A stretch of 64,000 nt of DNA from Polaribacter sejongensis (lineage in GTDB: Bacteria > Bacteroidota > Bacteroidia > Flavobacteriales > Flavobacteriaceae): NCBI GenBank assembly GCA_949545755.1, contig CATITK010000002.1:3516-67515 (forward strand), written 5' to 3'. Both the position numbers and the translations under genes were made by a program. Each line of letters starts with the position of its first letter. The stretch's first letter is position 1. Shown here piece after piece: positions 40,972 through 50,877 of the stretch. The notes under the pieces were generated by a model that searched no databases, was not told where the DNA came from, and saw only the letters and a list, made by a program, of their open reading frames with translations.

Positions 40972-43900
40972 TTGTCAATAAAAAATAAAATTTCAGTACT
41001 CTTTTTATTAGTATTGTGTTTAGAGTTATTTTCTCAAACTGGAGGCCCTCCTGTTTTAAACGCAACTGATGATCAAGTATTTTGTCCGGGAAGTGCAATT
41101 AAAATTGCGCCTAGTTTTACTATTACACCAAGCCCAGCTGATCCTGGAATTGTCTCTTTTTCGATTCAGATTTCGTCTGGATATCAACTAAATTTTGACC
41201 TGTTAGATATAGATACGACACCCTATCCAAGCATAGATACAGCTGACTGGAGTCCTTCAGAAGGTAAATTAACCTTAACAACACCTGTTGGTGTACCATT
41301 TCTTTCATATCCAGAACTACAAAGTGCGGTAAGAGAGGTCATTTTCTCGACAACAGCAACAACAATTACGAATGAAAAAAAATTCTCATTGACCTTTGGG
41401 GATGCTAATTATTTACCTAAAACGGATCATTTTTATCAATATATTAAATCTACAGGGATTACTTGGGATGCTGCAAGAACTGAAGCAGCAACCCGAACGT
41501 ATTATGGTAGAACGGGTTATTTAGCGACGCTATTATCTCAAGAAGAAGCAGATTTTGCAGGAAAGCAAGCGGCTGGAGCGGGTTGGATTGGAGGTTCTGA
41601 TGCAGGCACACCCGATGTTTGGAAATGGGTGACCGGACCAGAAGCTGGAACCATTTTTTGGCGAGGAAGAGCAGATGGTTTTTCTCCTGATAATGGTTTT
41701 GCGTTTTGGAATAATAAAAACGGTTCTAACGAACCTAATAATTATAACAATAGTGATGAAGATTATGTACACATTACAGCTCCTAACGTTGGAACTGAAG
41801 GTTCTTGGAATGATTTAACAATCACAGGTGATGCTGCTGGAGATTATCAACCAAAAGGATATATCGTAGAATTTGGAACTCCTGGTGATCCTACCTTAGA
41901 TATTGTTGCAGCCACTCGTATTTATTTAACGCCAAATCCTACAATAGCAACTTTAATCAATCCCATTTGTTCAGGGGAAAATGCGGTTTTTACTATAAGA
42001 GGTATGGCTAACTCCACTGTCAGCTATACAACTGACAATGGACTAACAACCCAAACGGAAACTTTAGATGGTTCAGGTCAAGGAACAGCAACTGTCTTAG
42101 GTGCTATGGCAAATACAACGATTAGACTAACGAGTATCGATAACGGTAGTTGTACATCTCCATTAACAAATTCCGCTACGGTAACCATAAATCCAACTCC
42201 AGCAATTACCTCATTAACTTCTAACGGCGCTGTCTGCATCGGTACAGATGCAATTTTCACAATAAGAGGTACGGCTAACGCCACTGTCAGCTATACTACT
42301 GATGGAGGACTAACAAACCCAACCGTAATCTTAGATGCTGCAGGAAGAAATATCATAACTATTTCAGGGATCTTAGGGAATACTTCTATCAAACTAAATA
42401 ACATTAATGGAAGTAGTTGCTCATCAATATTAACAAATTCAACCACGGTAACAATATCCCCAAGTCCAGCAATTACATCATTAACTTCTAACGATCCCGT
42501 TTGTTCAGGAACGGATGCAATTTTTACAATTACCGGAACGGCTAATAACACTGTCAGTTATACGACTGACAATGGACTAACAAACCAAACAATAATCTTA
42601 GATGGTTCAGGTCAAGGAACAGCAACTGTATCAGGAATCATGGTAGATACTACAATTAAACTAACGAGTATCAATAACAATGGTTGCATCTCTTCATTAA
42701 CAAATTCAGCCACGGTAAACATAAATCCAAATCCAGCAATTACATCATTAACCTCTAACGGCCCTGTATGTGTCGGTGCAGATGCAATTTTTACAATAAA
42801 CGGTTCGGCGAATGCCACTGTAAACTATACCACTGATGGTGGTATAACAAATCCAACACTAATCTTAAATGCTACAGGAGAAAATACTGTAACCATTTCA
42901 GGGGTTACAATGGGTAATACTACGATCAAACTAAATAGCATCAATAATAGCAATTGCTCATCTATATTAACAAATACAGAAATAATAAGGATCACTCCAG
43001 ATCCAGCAATTACCTCATTAACTTCTAACAATCCAATTTGTTCAGGAACGGATGCAGTTTTCACAATTAACGGTACTGCTAACGCGACTGTCAGCTATAC
43101 AACTGATGGTGGAACAACAAGTCAAACGGTAATTTTAGATGGTTCAGGTGAGGGAACAGTAACTGTCGCAACTCCCATCAACGATACAACTATCCAACTA
43201 GGGAGTATTAATGTGGGGAGTTGTTCAACAGTAGTATCAAATACCACTATGGTTACCTTTACCACTACTCCTGATTTTGATCTTGCTCAGAACACTTATA
43301 TTTTGTGTAAAGATGTGGGCACGATTACGCTAAAGACTTTAAATCCTCTCGAGAATAATTATACCTATGAATGGAAGAAAGACGGAACAACTCTTTCGAG
43401 TGTTTTAGATTCTATTGTCACAAATAGTTCAGGAAACTATACAGTAAAAGCATTTTCTATAACAGGGTCCGGGTGTGAGTCCTCAGAAAAAAGTATTGAA
43501 GTTATAGGCTCAGAAGAAGCAACCATTACAAATAATAATGTAATTATTGTTGATGATTCTAATAATAACTCCCTACAAATCCTCACTTCAAATATAGGAA
43601 TTGGCGATTATGAATTTATTTTAGATGATGTATCTGGTAGCTATACTGATAGTTCCTTTTTTGAAAATATAGCAACAGGAATGCATACTTTATATGCTAG
43701 AGATAAAAATGGATGCGGAGGAATTGCTACTTATGAATTTTTTGTTTTGGCCTATCCAAAGTTTTTTACACCAAACGGTGATGGAAAAAATGATATTTGG
43801 AAAATTGAAGGGGCTGATGACGGCTCTTTTACCGTTGCAGATATTTCAATTTACAATCGATTCGGTGTGTTATTATTTCAATCTGATTCTTCTAATTTAG

Positions 43901-44025
43901 GATGGGATGGACTATCTCAAGGGAAAATATTGCCTTCAAATACGTATTGGTTTAAAGTGATTCTAAACGGTATTAATGGTCGAAAAATTGAGAAAACAGG
44001 CCGTGTTAGTCTCATGAGAAAATAA
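40972..44025 (+). CDS. T9SS type-B cargo adhesin with C-type-lectin-like domain and five Ig-like repeats
   Basis: Signal peptide; lectin motifs (TW.AA, GYLAT, WIG, EPN, WND); five ~89-aa repeats; C-terminal PKFFTPNGDGKND...IYNRFG...WDG...YWF (CHU_C/type-B CTD). Confidence 0.88.
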   Translation: MSIKNKISVLFLLVLCLELFSQTGGPPVLNATDDQVFCPGSAIKIAPSFTITPSPADPGIVSFSIQISSGYQLNFDLLDIDTTPYPSIDTADWSPSEGKLTLTTPVGVPFLSYPELQSAVREVIFSTTATTITNEKKFSLTFGDANYLPKTDHFYQYIKSTGITWDAARTEAATRTYYGRTGYLATLLSQEEADFAGKQAAGAGWIGGSDAGTPDVWKWVTGPEAGTIFWRGRADGFSPDNGFAFWNNKNGSNEPNNYNNSDEDYVHITAPNVGTEGSWNDLTITGDAAGDYQPKGYIVEFGTPGDPTLDIVAATRIYLTPNPTIATLINPICSGENAVFTIRGMANSTVSYTTDNGLTTQTETLDGSGQGTATVLGAMANTTIRLTSIDNGSCTSPLTNSATVTINPTPAITSLTSNGAVCIGTDAIFTIRGTANATVSYTTDGGLTNPTVILDAAGRNIITISGILGNTSIKLNNINGSSCSSILTNSTTVTISPSPAITSLTSNDPVCSGTDAIFTITGTANNTVSYTTDNGLTNQTIILDGSGQGTATVSGIMVDTTIKLTSINNNGCISSLTNSATVNINPNPAITSLTSNGPVCVGADAIFTINGSANATVNYTTDGGITNPTLILNATGENTVTISGVTMGNTTIKLNSINNSNCSSILTNTEIIRITPDPAITSLTSNNPICSGTDAVFTINGTANATVSYTTDGGTTSQTVILDGSGEGTVTVATPINDTTIQLGSINVGSCSTVVSNTTMVTFTTTPDFDLAQNTYILCKDVGTITLKTLNPLENNYTYEWKKDGTTLSSVLDSIVTNSSGNYTVKAFSITGSGCESSEKSIEVIGSEEATITNNNVIIVDDSNNNSLQILTSNIGIGDYEFILDDVSGSYTDSSFFENIATGMHTLYARDKNGCGGIATYEFFVLAYPKFFTPNGDGKNDIWKIEGADDGSFTVADISIYNRFGVLLFQSDSSNLGWDGLSQGKILPSNTYWFKVILNGINGRKIEKTGRVSLMRK
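41929..43260 (+). repeat. Five intragenic tandem repeats of ~267 bp
   Basis: Units start at about 41929, 42190, 42457, 42724 and 42994; CCAGCAATTAC(C/A)TCATTAAC(T/C)TCTAAC recurs in units 2-5. Confidence 0.9.
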
Positions 44026-44090
44026 CTCTTGGCTTTTTTTTGATACGCTACTATCTTAGGAAAGACGAGTTAGAAATAAGTGCCCTTCAA

Positions 44091-44663
44091 TTATTTCAAA
44101 ATGATGTGAACCCTTTTTTGTAATTCTAGAATTACATTTCTCTCAAACCACGGGTTTTTAGTTAACCAAAAACGATTTCTTGGAGAGGGATGAGGCATCA
44201 CAAAATACTTGGGTAAATATTCCGGGTAATTATCTACAGTTTCAGTGAGTGTTCTTTTTGCTTTATCTTTTAAATAATAGTTCTGTGCATACATTCCTAT
44301 TAAAATAATCAATTCTAAATTTGGCATTAACTCAAATAATTGTTGATGCCATTGTGGAGCGCATTCTTTTCTTGGAGGTTTATCCCCACTTTTTCCTTTT
44401 CCAGGATAACAAAATCCCATGGGAACAATTGCGAATTTTTCTACATTGTAAAAATCTTCATCAGAAACATTAAGCCATTTTCTTAATTGTTTCCCACTTG
44501 CATCATCCCAAGGAATTCCAGATTTATGCACCTTTGTTCCAGGAGCTTGACCAATAATTACAATTTTAGAATCTTTATGACCTGCAACAACAGGATTTGG
44601 CCCCAAATCTAAATGAGCTGAGCAAATGGTACATTGTTTTATTTCTGATAAAAGATTTTGCAT
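44091..44663 (-). CDS. Uracil-DNA glycosylase-like family protein
   Basis: IIGQAPG, PWDDASG, GFCYPG and PHPSPRN motifs. Confidence 0.88.
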   Translation of the reverse strand: MQNLLSEIKQCTICSAHLDLGPNPVVAGHKDSKIVIIGQAPGTKVHKSGIPWDDASGKQLRKWLNVSDEDFYNVEKFAIVPMGFCYPGKGKSGDKPPRKECAPQWHQQLFELMPNLELIILIGMYAQNYYLKDKAKRTLTETVDNYPEYLPKYFVMPHPSPRNRFWLTKNPWFERNVILELQKRVHIILK

Positions 44664-44776
44664 TCTTTAAAAGTAATCATTCTTCTTATTCCAATCAAGA
44701 AACGAGGAGGAATCTCATTTTACATCCATAAATGTGAGGTTTTTAAATTGCTAAAAAGCTCATTTAAAATGACATT

Positions 44777-45121
44777 CTAACTTTTTAAGACCAAGGCATC
44801 TCCTTCAAAAGACAAAGTTTCAAAACCCGTTTTCATAAAATTACGAATATTTTGATGAGAAGAACCCTTTTCATCTTCTAAAACATTTTTATAATGTTCG
44901 CCAAAACAAAATAATGTTTCTTGTTTTGTTAGTTTTTGTTTTTTTGCAAATGCAAATAACTTACAAGAACCAGCGTTTTCGCCTGCATTGTTTTTTATAT
45001 CTCCATTTGTAAAAGTGGTTGGAGTAAAATTGAAATTATCATCGATTACTTGCATTGTTTCTGCAAAAGTAATTTCTGTTGGGTTTACTTTTAGTTTTGT
45101 TTTGAATTGTTGGATGATCAT
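44777..45121 (-). CDS. HopJ-like family protein
   Basis: FTPT.F.NG...N.AGEN.GSCKLF, FGEHY..VL and HQNIRNF motifs. Confidence 0.85.
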   Translation of the reverse strand: MIIQQFKTKLKVNPTEITFAETMQVIDDNFNFTPTTFTNGDIKNNAGENAGSCKLFAFAKKQKLTKQETLFCFGEHYKNVLEDEKGSSHQNIRNFMKTGFETLSFEGDALVLKS

Positions 45122-45157
45122 AATTTGAGGTAACAGGTTTAATTTTTTTATGTACTA

Positions 45158-45835
45158 TTATTTTGAGGTCTTCCCTTCCACAATCACAACAATTTCTCCT
45201 TTTGGAGGTTTGTTTGTATAATGTGCTAACACTTCAGTAGTAGTTCCTCTAATGGTTTCTTCAAACATTTTAGTCAATTCTCTTGAGACAGAAACCTGCC
45301 TTTCTGCTCCAAAATATGCTATAAAATGCCCTAAAGTTTTTACTAATTTATGAGGTGATTCATAAAAAATCATTGTTCTTGTTTCTGCTGCTAATAATAA
45401 AAAACGTGTTTGCCTTCCTTTTTTTACAGGTAAAAAACCTTCAAAGATAAACTTATCGTTTGGCAAACCAGAATTTACCAAAGCTGGCACAAAAGCCGTT
45501 GCGCCTGGCAAACAATCTACTTCAATGTTATTTTCTACACAAGCTCTTGTGAGTAAAAAACCAGGATCTGAAATTGCAGGCGTTCCAGCATCTGAAATTA
45601 AGGCGCAGGTTTCTCCGTTTTGTATTCTTTGTACAATCCCTTTTATAGATTTATGTTCATTATGCATATGGTGAGAGTGCATTTGTGTTGCTATCTCAAA
45701 ATGCTTTAAAAGTTTACCACTTGTACGCGTGTCTTCTGCAAGAATAAAATCGACTTCTTTTAAAACACGAATGGCTCTAAAAGTGATGTCTTCTAGATTA
45801 CCAATGGGTGTTGGTACTAAATACAGTTTACTCAT
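45158..45835 (-). CDS. rsmI: 16S rRNA C1402 2'-O-methyltransferase
   Basis: LYLVPTPIGNLED, AEDTR, SDAGTPAISDPG, YESPH and RELTK motifs. Confidence 0.96.
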   Translation of the reverse strand: MSKLYLVPTPIGNLEDITFRAIRVLKEVDFILAEDTRTSGKLLKHFEIATQMHSHHMHNEHKSIKGIVQRIQNGETCALISDAGTPAISDPGFLLTRACVENNIEVDCLPGATAFVPALVNSGLPNDKFIFEGFLPVKKGRQTRFLLLAAETRTMIFYESPHKLVKTLGHFIAYFGAERQVSVSRELTKMFEETIRGTTTEVLAHYTNKPPKGEIVVIVEGKTSK

Positions 45836-45902
45836 CTAATGAATTTTTCTTGAACATGAATTACATCCATGAATACAAATTTACAAAGAATTGTACGGAT
45901 TC

Positions 45903-45996
45903 TGCGTTACCGATTGAAGCATTTGTTTGCGCTCTTTTTTGTTTTAAAAAAAGCGAGTGCGAAAAGCGGGACATTTCTATTTAGAAATGAACGCCC
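45903..45996. repeat. Structured ~95-nt intergenic element (REP/MITE-like or ncRNA candidate)
   Basis: Outer GCGTT/AACGC pairing encloses CGCTCTTTTTT..AAAAAAAGCG and CATTTCTA-tt-TAGAAATG hairpins. Confidence 0.45.
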
Positions 45997-46024
45997 AAAA
46001 AGTTATAATTCAAACGAAATTGTT

Positions 46025-46032
46025 TAATTTTG
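46025..46032 (+). promoter_or_regulatory. -7 box TAATTTTG for aspS
   Basis: TAnnTTTG about 75 nt upstream of the aspS ATG. Confidence 0.55.
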
Positions 46033-46107
46033 CGGATTAGATCCTGAAATAAATTCAGGATAACAGTTTTAGGAATTCCGCTTTGCGGAAGCAAATTTTC
46101 AAGAGAA

Positions 46108-47856
46108 ATGTACAGAAGTCATTCTTGTGGCGAGTTAAGAACATCGCATGCAAATACAGAAGTAACCTTGTCGGGTTGGGTTCAAAAATCGCGTAATAAA
46201 GGTTTTATGGTTTGGGTAGATTTACGTGATCGATACGGAATTACGCAATTAATTTTTGATGAAGAACGCACGCCAAAAGCAATGATAGAAAAAGCAAAAT
46301 CTTTGGGAAGAGAATTTGTGATACAAATTACAGGAACTGTAATTGACCGTGAATCTAAGAATTCTAAAATGCCTACTGGAGCTATAGAAGTATTGGTTTC
46401 TAAACTAGAAATTTTAAATGCATCCATTACTCCTCCTTTTACAATTGAAGATAAAACAGATGGTGGCGAAGACATTCGAATGAAATACAGGTATTTAGAT
46501 ATTCGAAGAAACCCTGTAAAAGACAGTTTAATTTTCCGTCATAAAGTTTCGATGGAAGTTCGTAAATACTTGTCTGACCAAGAATTTATAGAAGTTGAAA
46601 CTCCGTATTTAATAAAATCTACACCAGAAGGAGCAAGAGACTTTGTGGTGCCTTCTCGAATGAATGAAGGGCAGTTTTATGCGTTACCACAATCGCCTCA
46701 AACATTCAAACAACTGTTGATGGTTGGTGGAATGGATAAATATTTTCAGATTGTTAAATGTTTTAGAGACGAAGACTTACGAGCAGACAGACAACCAGAA
46801 TTTACACAAATTGATTGTGAAATGGCATTTGTAGAGCAAGAAGATATTTTAACTATTTTTGAGGGATTGACGCGTCACTTATTAAAAGAGATTAATAATG
46901 TCGAGGTAGATAAATTTCCAAGAATGTTATATGACGATGCCATGCGTTTGTATGGAAATGACAAACCAGATATTCGTTTTGGAATGGAATTTGGCGATTT
47001 AAATGCAGTTACACAGCATAAGGATTTTGGTGTTTTTAATAGCGCTGAATTGGTCGTTGGTATAGCCGTTCCTGGAGGGAATAAGCACACAAGAAAAGAG
47101 ATTGATACTCTTATAAAATGGGTGAAGCGTCCACAAATTGGTGCTTTGGGAATGATTTATTGTCGTGTTAACGAAGATGGAACATTTAAATCTTCTGTAG
47201 ATAAATTTTATGACCAGGAAGATTTCGCAAAATGGGCAGCAGAAACTGGCGCAAAAAAAGGTGATTTAATCTGTGTTTTATCTGGTGACACCAATAAAGT
47301 AAGAGCACAATTGTCTGCTTTAAGAATGGAATTTGCGGAACGTTTAGGATTGCGTGATCCAAAAGTATTTGCACCTCTTTGGGTAATCGATTTTCCTTTA
47401 TTAGAGCTGGATGAAGAAACGGGTCATTATCACGCAATGCATCATCCTTTTACTTCTCCGAAACCAGGACAAATGGAATTGTTAGATATAGATCCAGGAG
47501 CTGTAAAAGCAAATGCATACGATTTAGTTTTAAACGGAAATGAAATTGGTGGAGGTTCTATACGTATTCACGACAAACAAATGCAAGCAACCATGTTGCG
47601 TCATTTAGGTTTTTCTGAAGCTGATGCCAAAGCACAATTTGGTTTCTTAATGGATGCGTTTGAATATGGTGCGCCACCGCATGGTGGTTTGGCTTTTGGT
47701 TTGGATAGATTGGTTGCAATTTTAGGCGGACAAGAAACCATTAGAGATTTTATTGCGTTCCCAAAAAATAATTCCGGAAGAGATGTGATGATTGATGCGC
47801 CTGCTTTTATAGCTGACGAACAACTGAAAGAATTGGGCTTAAAACTAGATGCTTAA
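46108..47856 (+). CDS. aspS: Aspartate-tRNA ligase
   Basis: [44 protein letters not shown] and GAPPHGG.AFGLDR motifs. Confidence 0.98.
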   Translation: MYRSHSCGELRTSHANTEVTLSGWVQKSRNKGFMVWVDLRDRYGITQLIFDEERTPKAMIEKAKSLGREFVIQITGTVIDRESKNSKMPTGAIEVLVSKLEILNASITPPFTIEDKTDGGEDIRMKYRYLDIRRNPVKDSLIFRHKVSMEVRKYLSDQEFIEVETPYLIKSTPEGARDFVVPSRMNEGQFYALPQSPQTFKQLLMVGGMDKYFQIVKCFRDEDLRADRQPEFTQIDCEMAFVEQEDILTIFEGLTRHLLKEINNVEVDKFPRMLYDDAMRLYGNDKPDIRFGMEFGDLNAVTQHKDFGVFNSAELVVGIAVPGGNKHTRKEIDTLIKWVKRPQIGALGMIYCRVNEDGTFKSSVDKFYDQEDFAKWAAETGAKKGDLICVLSGDTNKVRAQLSALRMEFAERLGLRDPKVFAPLWVIDFPLLELDEETGHYHAMHHPFTSPKPGQMELLDIDPGAVKANAYDLVLNGNEIGGGSIRIHDKQMQATMLRHLGFSEADAKAQFGFLMDAFEYGAPPHGGLAFGLDRLVAILGGQETIRDFIAFPKNNSGRDVMIDAPAFIADEQLKELGLKLDA

Positions 47857-47876
47857 GCATCTCAAATTAATAATTG

Positions 47877-47908
47877 AATCTTGTTCTAAATTTAGAACAA
47901 GATTTTTT
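47877..47908 (+). terminator. Intrinsic terminator after aspS
   Basis: AATCTTGTTCTAA-a-TTAGAACAAGATT followed by TTTT. Confidence 0.75.
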
Positions 47909-47960
47909 AATTACTTTTAAGACTTAAAGATAAGTGTAAAAAAAGGTTTTGAAAATCAGT

Positions 47961-49736
47961 ATGCACTCAACAAAACATATCTATAGAAAAATATTAATTT
48001 GGAGATATAAACATATTTCTGAAAGACAATTTGTATACATTTTAAGCGTTTTAGTAGGGTTTTTAGCTGGTTTGGGTACCTATATCTTAAAAGAACTTAC
48101 CTATTTAATTAAAGAAGGTTTAGCAGGGAATTTAATAAAGGAGTATCAGTATACCCTCTATTTTATTTTCCCCATCATAGGATTTTTTTTAGTCTATTAC
48201 ATTAAGAAATTAGTGATTAAAAAAGAAATTGGTCATGGAATTTCTACAACGCTACATGCAATTTCCAGAAGAAACGGAATCATCAAACGATATAAAATTT
48301 TCGCCTCTTTACTAACAGCGCCGATTACCGTTGGTTTTGGAGGCTCTGCCGGATTACAAGGACCTGCAGTGAGTACTGGAGCTGCTTTGGGTTCTAATAT
48401 TGCGCAGTTGTTTCATATGAATTCTAAAACCAGAATGTTGCTGATTGGTTGTGCAACTGCTGGAGCAATGTCTTCTATGTTTCAAGCGCCAATTGCTGCC
48501 ATTATTTTTGCCGTAGAAATTTTTAGTTTAGACTTAGCTTTTGCTTCTTTAATTCCCTTACTACTCGCGTCCGTTTCTGCCGTAATTTCTTCTTACTTTT
48601 TTACAGGAACCGATGTTTTATTTGGGTTTAAATTGGTCGACGTTTTTGAAGTAAAAGACATCCCTTTTTATATTGCATTGGCTCTTTTAACTGGAGTTGC
48701 TTCTGTCTATTTTTCTAAAATGTATTTTGGAATTACTCGTTTTTTTGAACGTTTTCAAAGTCCTCTTAAAAGATTGATTATTGGAGGAATTGCCATCGGA
48801 ATTATGCTCTATTTAATTCCGCCTTTGTATGGTGAAGGTTATGGATTAATCAATAATTTATTACAAGGAAATACAGCAGAAGCATTAAAAGACATTCCTT
48901 ATAACATCGAATTACAAAATGTATATGTAGTGGTTTTAATGTTGTTATTAATTGGCATTTTTAAAGCAATTGCAATGACAACAACTTTTGCCGCAGGTGG
49001 TGTTGGGGGTATCTTTATTCCAACTCTTTTTATGGGAAGTGCTCTTGGAAACTCCATCGCTAAAGTAATCAATCACTTGGGGTTTTCTGTCTCTGAATCT
49101 AATTTTACCTTGATCGGTATGACCGGCTTAATGGCAGGCGTATTACACGCTCCCTTAACAGCTATTTTCTTAATTGCAGAAATTACAGGTGGCTATGAAT
49201 TATTTGTTCCACTAATGTTAGTGTCTGCAATTTCATATGCCTTTACAAAGTATTTTATTTCAAACTCAATTTATACTGTTGAACTGGCAAAAAAAGGACA
49301 ATTAATTACGCACAATAAAGACAAAAACGTATTAATGTTAATGCGTATTGACAAATTAATTGAGACTAATTTTAAACCTGTAAAACCAGAAATGACATTA
49401 GGGGAAATGTTAAAACAATCGGTATCAAAATCAAAAAGGAATATTTTTCCTGTTTTAAATGATGAGAAAAGGTTTTTAGGAAATGTTTTATTAGATGATA
49501 TCAGACACATGATGTTTGACCAAAAGTATTATGAATCTACCAAAGTTGCTGATGTAATGAAATCTGCAGCAGAAATAATTTTTCATGAGGATTCTGTAGA
49601 GGAAGTGATGCAAAAGTTTAAGCAGAGTGGTGCTTGGAATTTACCCGTAGTAAAAGAAGGCGTTTATTTAGGTTTTATTTCTAAATCTAAATTATTGACA
49701 GTTTATAGAAACAAATTAGTAGAGGTTACCTCTTAA
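47961..49736 (+). CDS. ClC-family chloride channel/transporter with CBS domains
   Basis: GHGIS, GGSAGLQGP (Gln where E is usual) and GGVGGIFIP motifs, followed by two CBS domains. Confidence 0.92.
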   Translation: MHSTKHIYRKILIWRYKHISERQFVYILSVLVGFLAGLGTYILKELTYLIKEGLAGNLIKEYQYTLYFIFPIIGFFLVYYIKKLVIKKEIGHGISTTLHAISRRNGIIKRYKIFASLLTAPITVGFGGSAGLQGPAVSTGAALGSNIAQLFHMNSKTRMLLIGCATAGAMSSMFQAPIAAIIFAVEIFSLDLAFASLIPLLLASVSAVISSYFFTGTDVLFGFKLVDVFEVKDIPFYIALALLTGVASVYFSKMYFGITRFFERFQSPLKRLIIGGIAIGIMLYLIPPLYGEGYGLINNLLQGNTAEALKDIPYNIELQNVYVVVLMLLLIGIFKAIAMTTTFAAGGVGGIFIPTLFMGSALGNSIAKVINHLGFSVSESNFTLIGMTGLMAGVLHAPLTAIFLIAEITGGYELFVPLMLVSAISYAFTKYFISNSIYTVELAKKGQLITHNKDKNVLMLMRIDKLIETNFKPVKPEMTLGEMLKQSVSKSKRNIFPVLNDEKRFLGNVLLDDIRHMMFDQKYYESTKVADVMKSAAEIIFHEDSVEEVMQKFKQSGAWNLPVVKEGVYLGFISKSKLLTVYRNKLVEVTS

Positions 49737-49746
49737 AAAAGAAAAA

Positions 49747-50337
49747 ATGAGAACAAATAGTTTTACTCTAAAAATGAGTAAGAATTCTGACCGTGATTTA
49801 GAAACCATTCTTGAAGAAAAAAACAAATACACAAAAGAAGCGATACAAGCCGTAATTTGGGAGCTAGAAAACAGAAATTTAAGAGAAAAAACAGTAATTC
49901 TTGAGGAAGAGGTTTCTGAAGAAATCACAAAAAACAATGAAAAACCCATTGAAGAAATACCATTCCCTAATTTGTATTCAAAAAAAACAATCCAAGGTTT
50001 TGCAATTTTCTTTTCAACAATTTTTGGTGCTTTTTTATTAATGCAAAATTTAAAAGAAATGAAGAAACCAAAAGCAAGAATTGAAGTTCTTTCTTTTGGA
50101 ATTTTATTCACAATAGTATCGGTGATACTTTTAAATTACCTTCCAAAAACCTTGTTTACTACGTTACTTTTCAATCTAACAGGTTACCTTATACTCATAC
50201 ATTTTTTTTGGGACAGAGATATAGGCAAAAACCTAAAATATACAAAAAAGAATATTTGGAATCCTTTAATATATGCCATACTAATTATAATGTTATTGGT
50301 CTTTTTGCAATTTTTACCCCAAATTTTGGGTGCATAA
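49747..50337 (+). CDS. Hypothetical membrane protein
   Basis: 196-aa ORF with about four TM helices and LYS...I..F..FFS.IFG..LL.QN. Confidence 0.7.
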   Translation: MRTNSFTLKMSKNSDRDLETILEEKNKYTKEAIQAVIWELENRNLREKTVILEEEVSEEITKNNEKPIEEIPFPNLYSKKTIQGFAIFFSTIFGAFLLMQNLKEMKKPKARIEVLSFGILFTIVSVILLNYLPKTLFTTLLFNLTGYLILIHFFWDRDIGKNLKYTKKNIWNPLIYAILIIMLLVFLQFLPQILGA

Positions 50338-50438
50338 AAACGTTAAATTAAAAGCAAAATAGCAGCTCTAATTATTGAAATTAATTTCATTTTGATGAAA
50401 ACCAACTTTTAAAGACAGAACTTTTGTAATTTTACAGG

Positions 50439-50678
50439 ATGAAATTAACATTAAAAATACTATTTATTCTCTTTTTCATTTGGATGACTATTGGATTGTT
50501 ACTCATAAATACAGGACACGAAAAAGCACATATTGTAATGGGATTAGGAGTATTTTACTTTTCGTTTTTATGTATGCCTTTATTTATTTATTATCGATAT
50601 AGAGATGGAAAATATAAGAAATACATCTTAAATGATCAAAAACTAAGAGACGCTTTTAAACATCAAGCTAAAGATTAA
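50439..50678 (+). CDS. Small hypothetical membrane protein
   Basis: 79 aa with two TM helices. Confidence 0.7.
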   Translation: MKLTLKILFILFFIWMTIGLLLINTGHEKAHIVMGLGVFYFSFLCMPLFIYYRYRDGKYKKYILNDQKLRDAFKHQAKD

Positions 50679-50877
50679 TATTGTTTCATAAGTTTCTAAC
50701 ATTCACCAAACCTTACTCCGGTATTTTGGTTTCTTATCAGTTAAAAAACAAGAATACGAACCTATTATCTTTCTAAAAAAAAATCACTAATCAATATAAT
50801 AACCGATAAAATTCCATCGATTTTATTGAAGATTTTTTTAGGCATTTCCAATTCAAATCTTTGTATTTTTGCAATCT

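Noticed and set aside
42078-43064. Four similar minus-strand ORFs that look like a repeated gene family or array
   Set aside because: They are antisense shadows of the adhesin's coding repeats. The 267-bp in-frame units have no repeat-spacer structure, so this is not CRISPR.
44777-45121. HopJ as a type III secreted effector
   Set aside because: No T3SS genes in the window; it sits in a housekeeping context behind rsmI, and the family name alone does not imply secretion.
47847-47862. 16-bp palindrome AGATGCTTAAGCATCT over the aspS stop codon
   Set aside because: Single short instance next to a proper terminator; no evidence for a separate role such as an att site.
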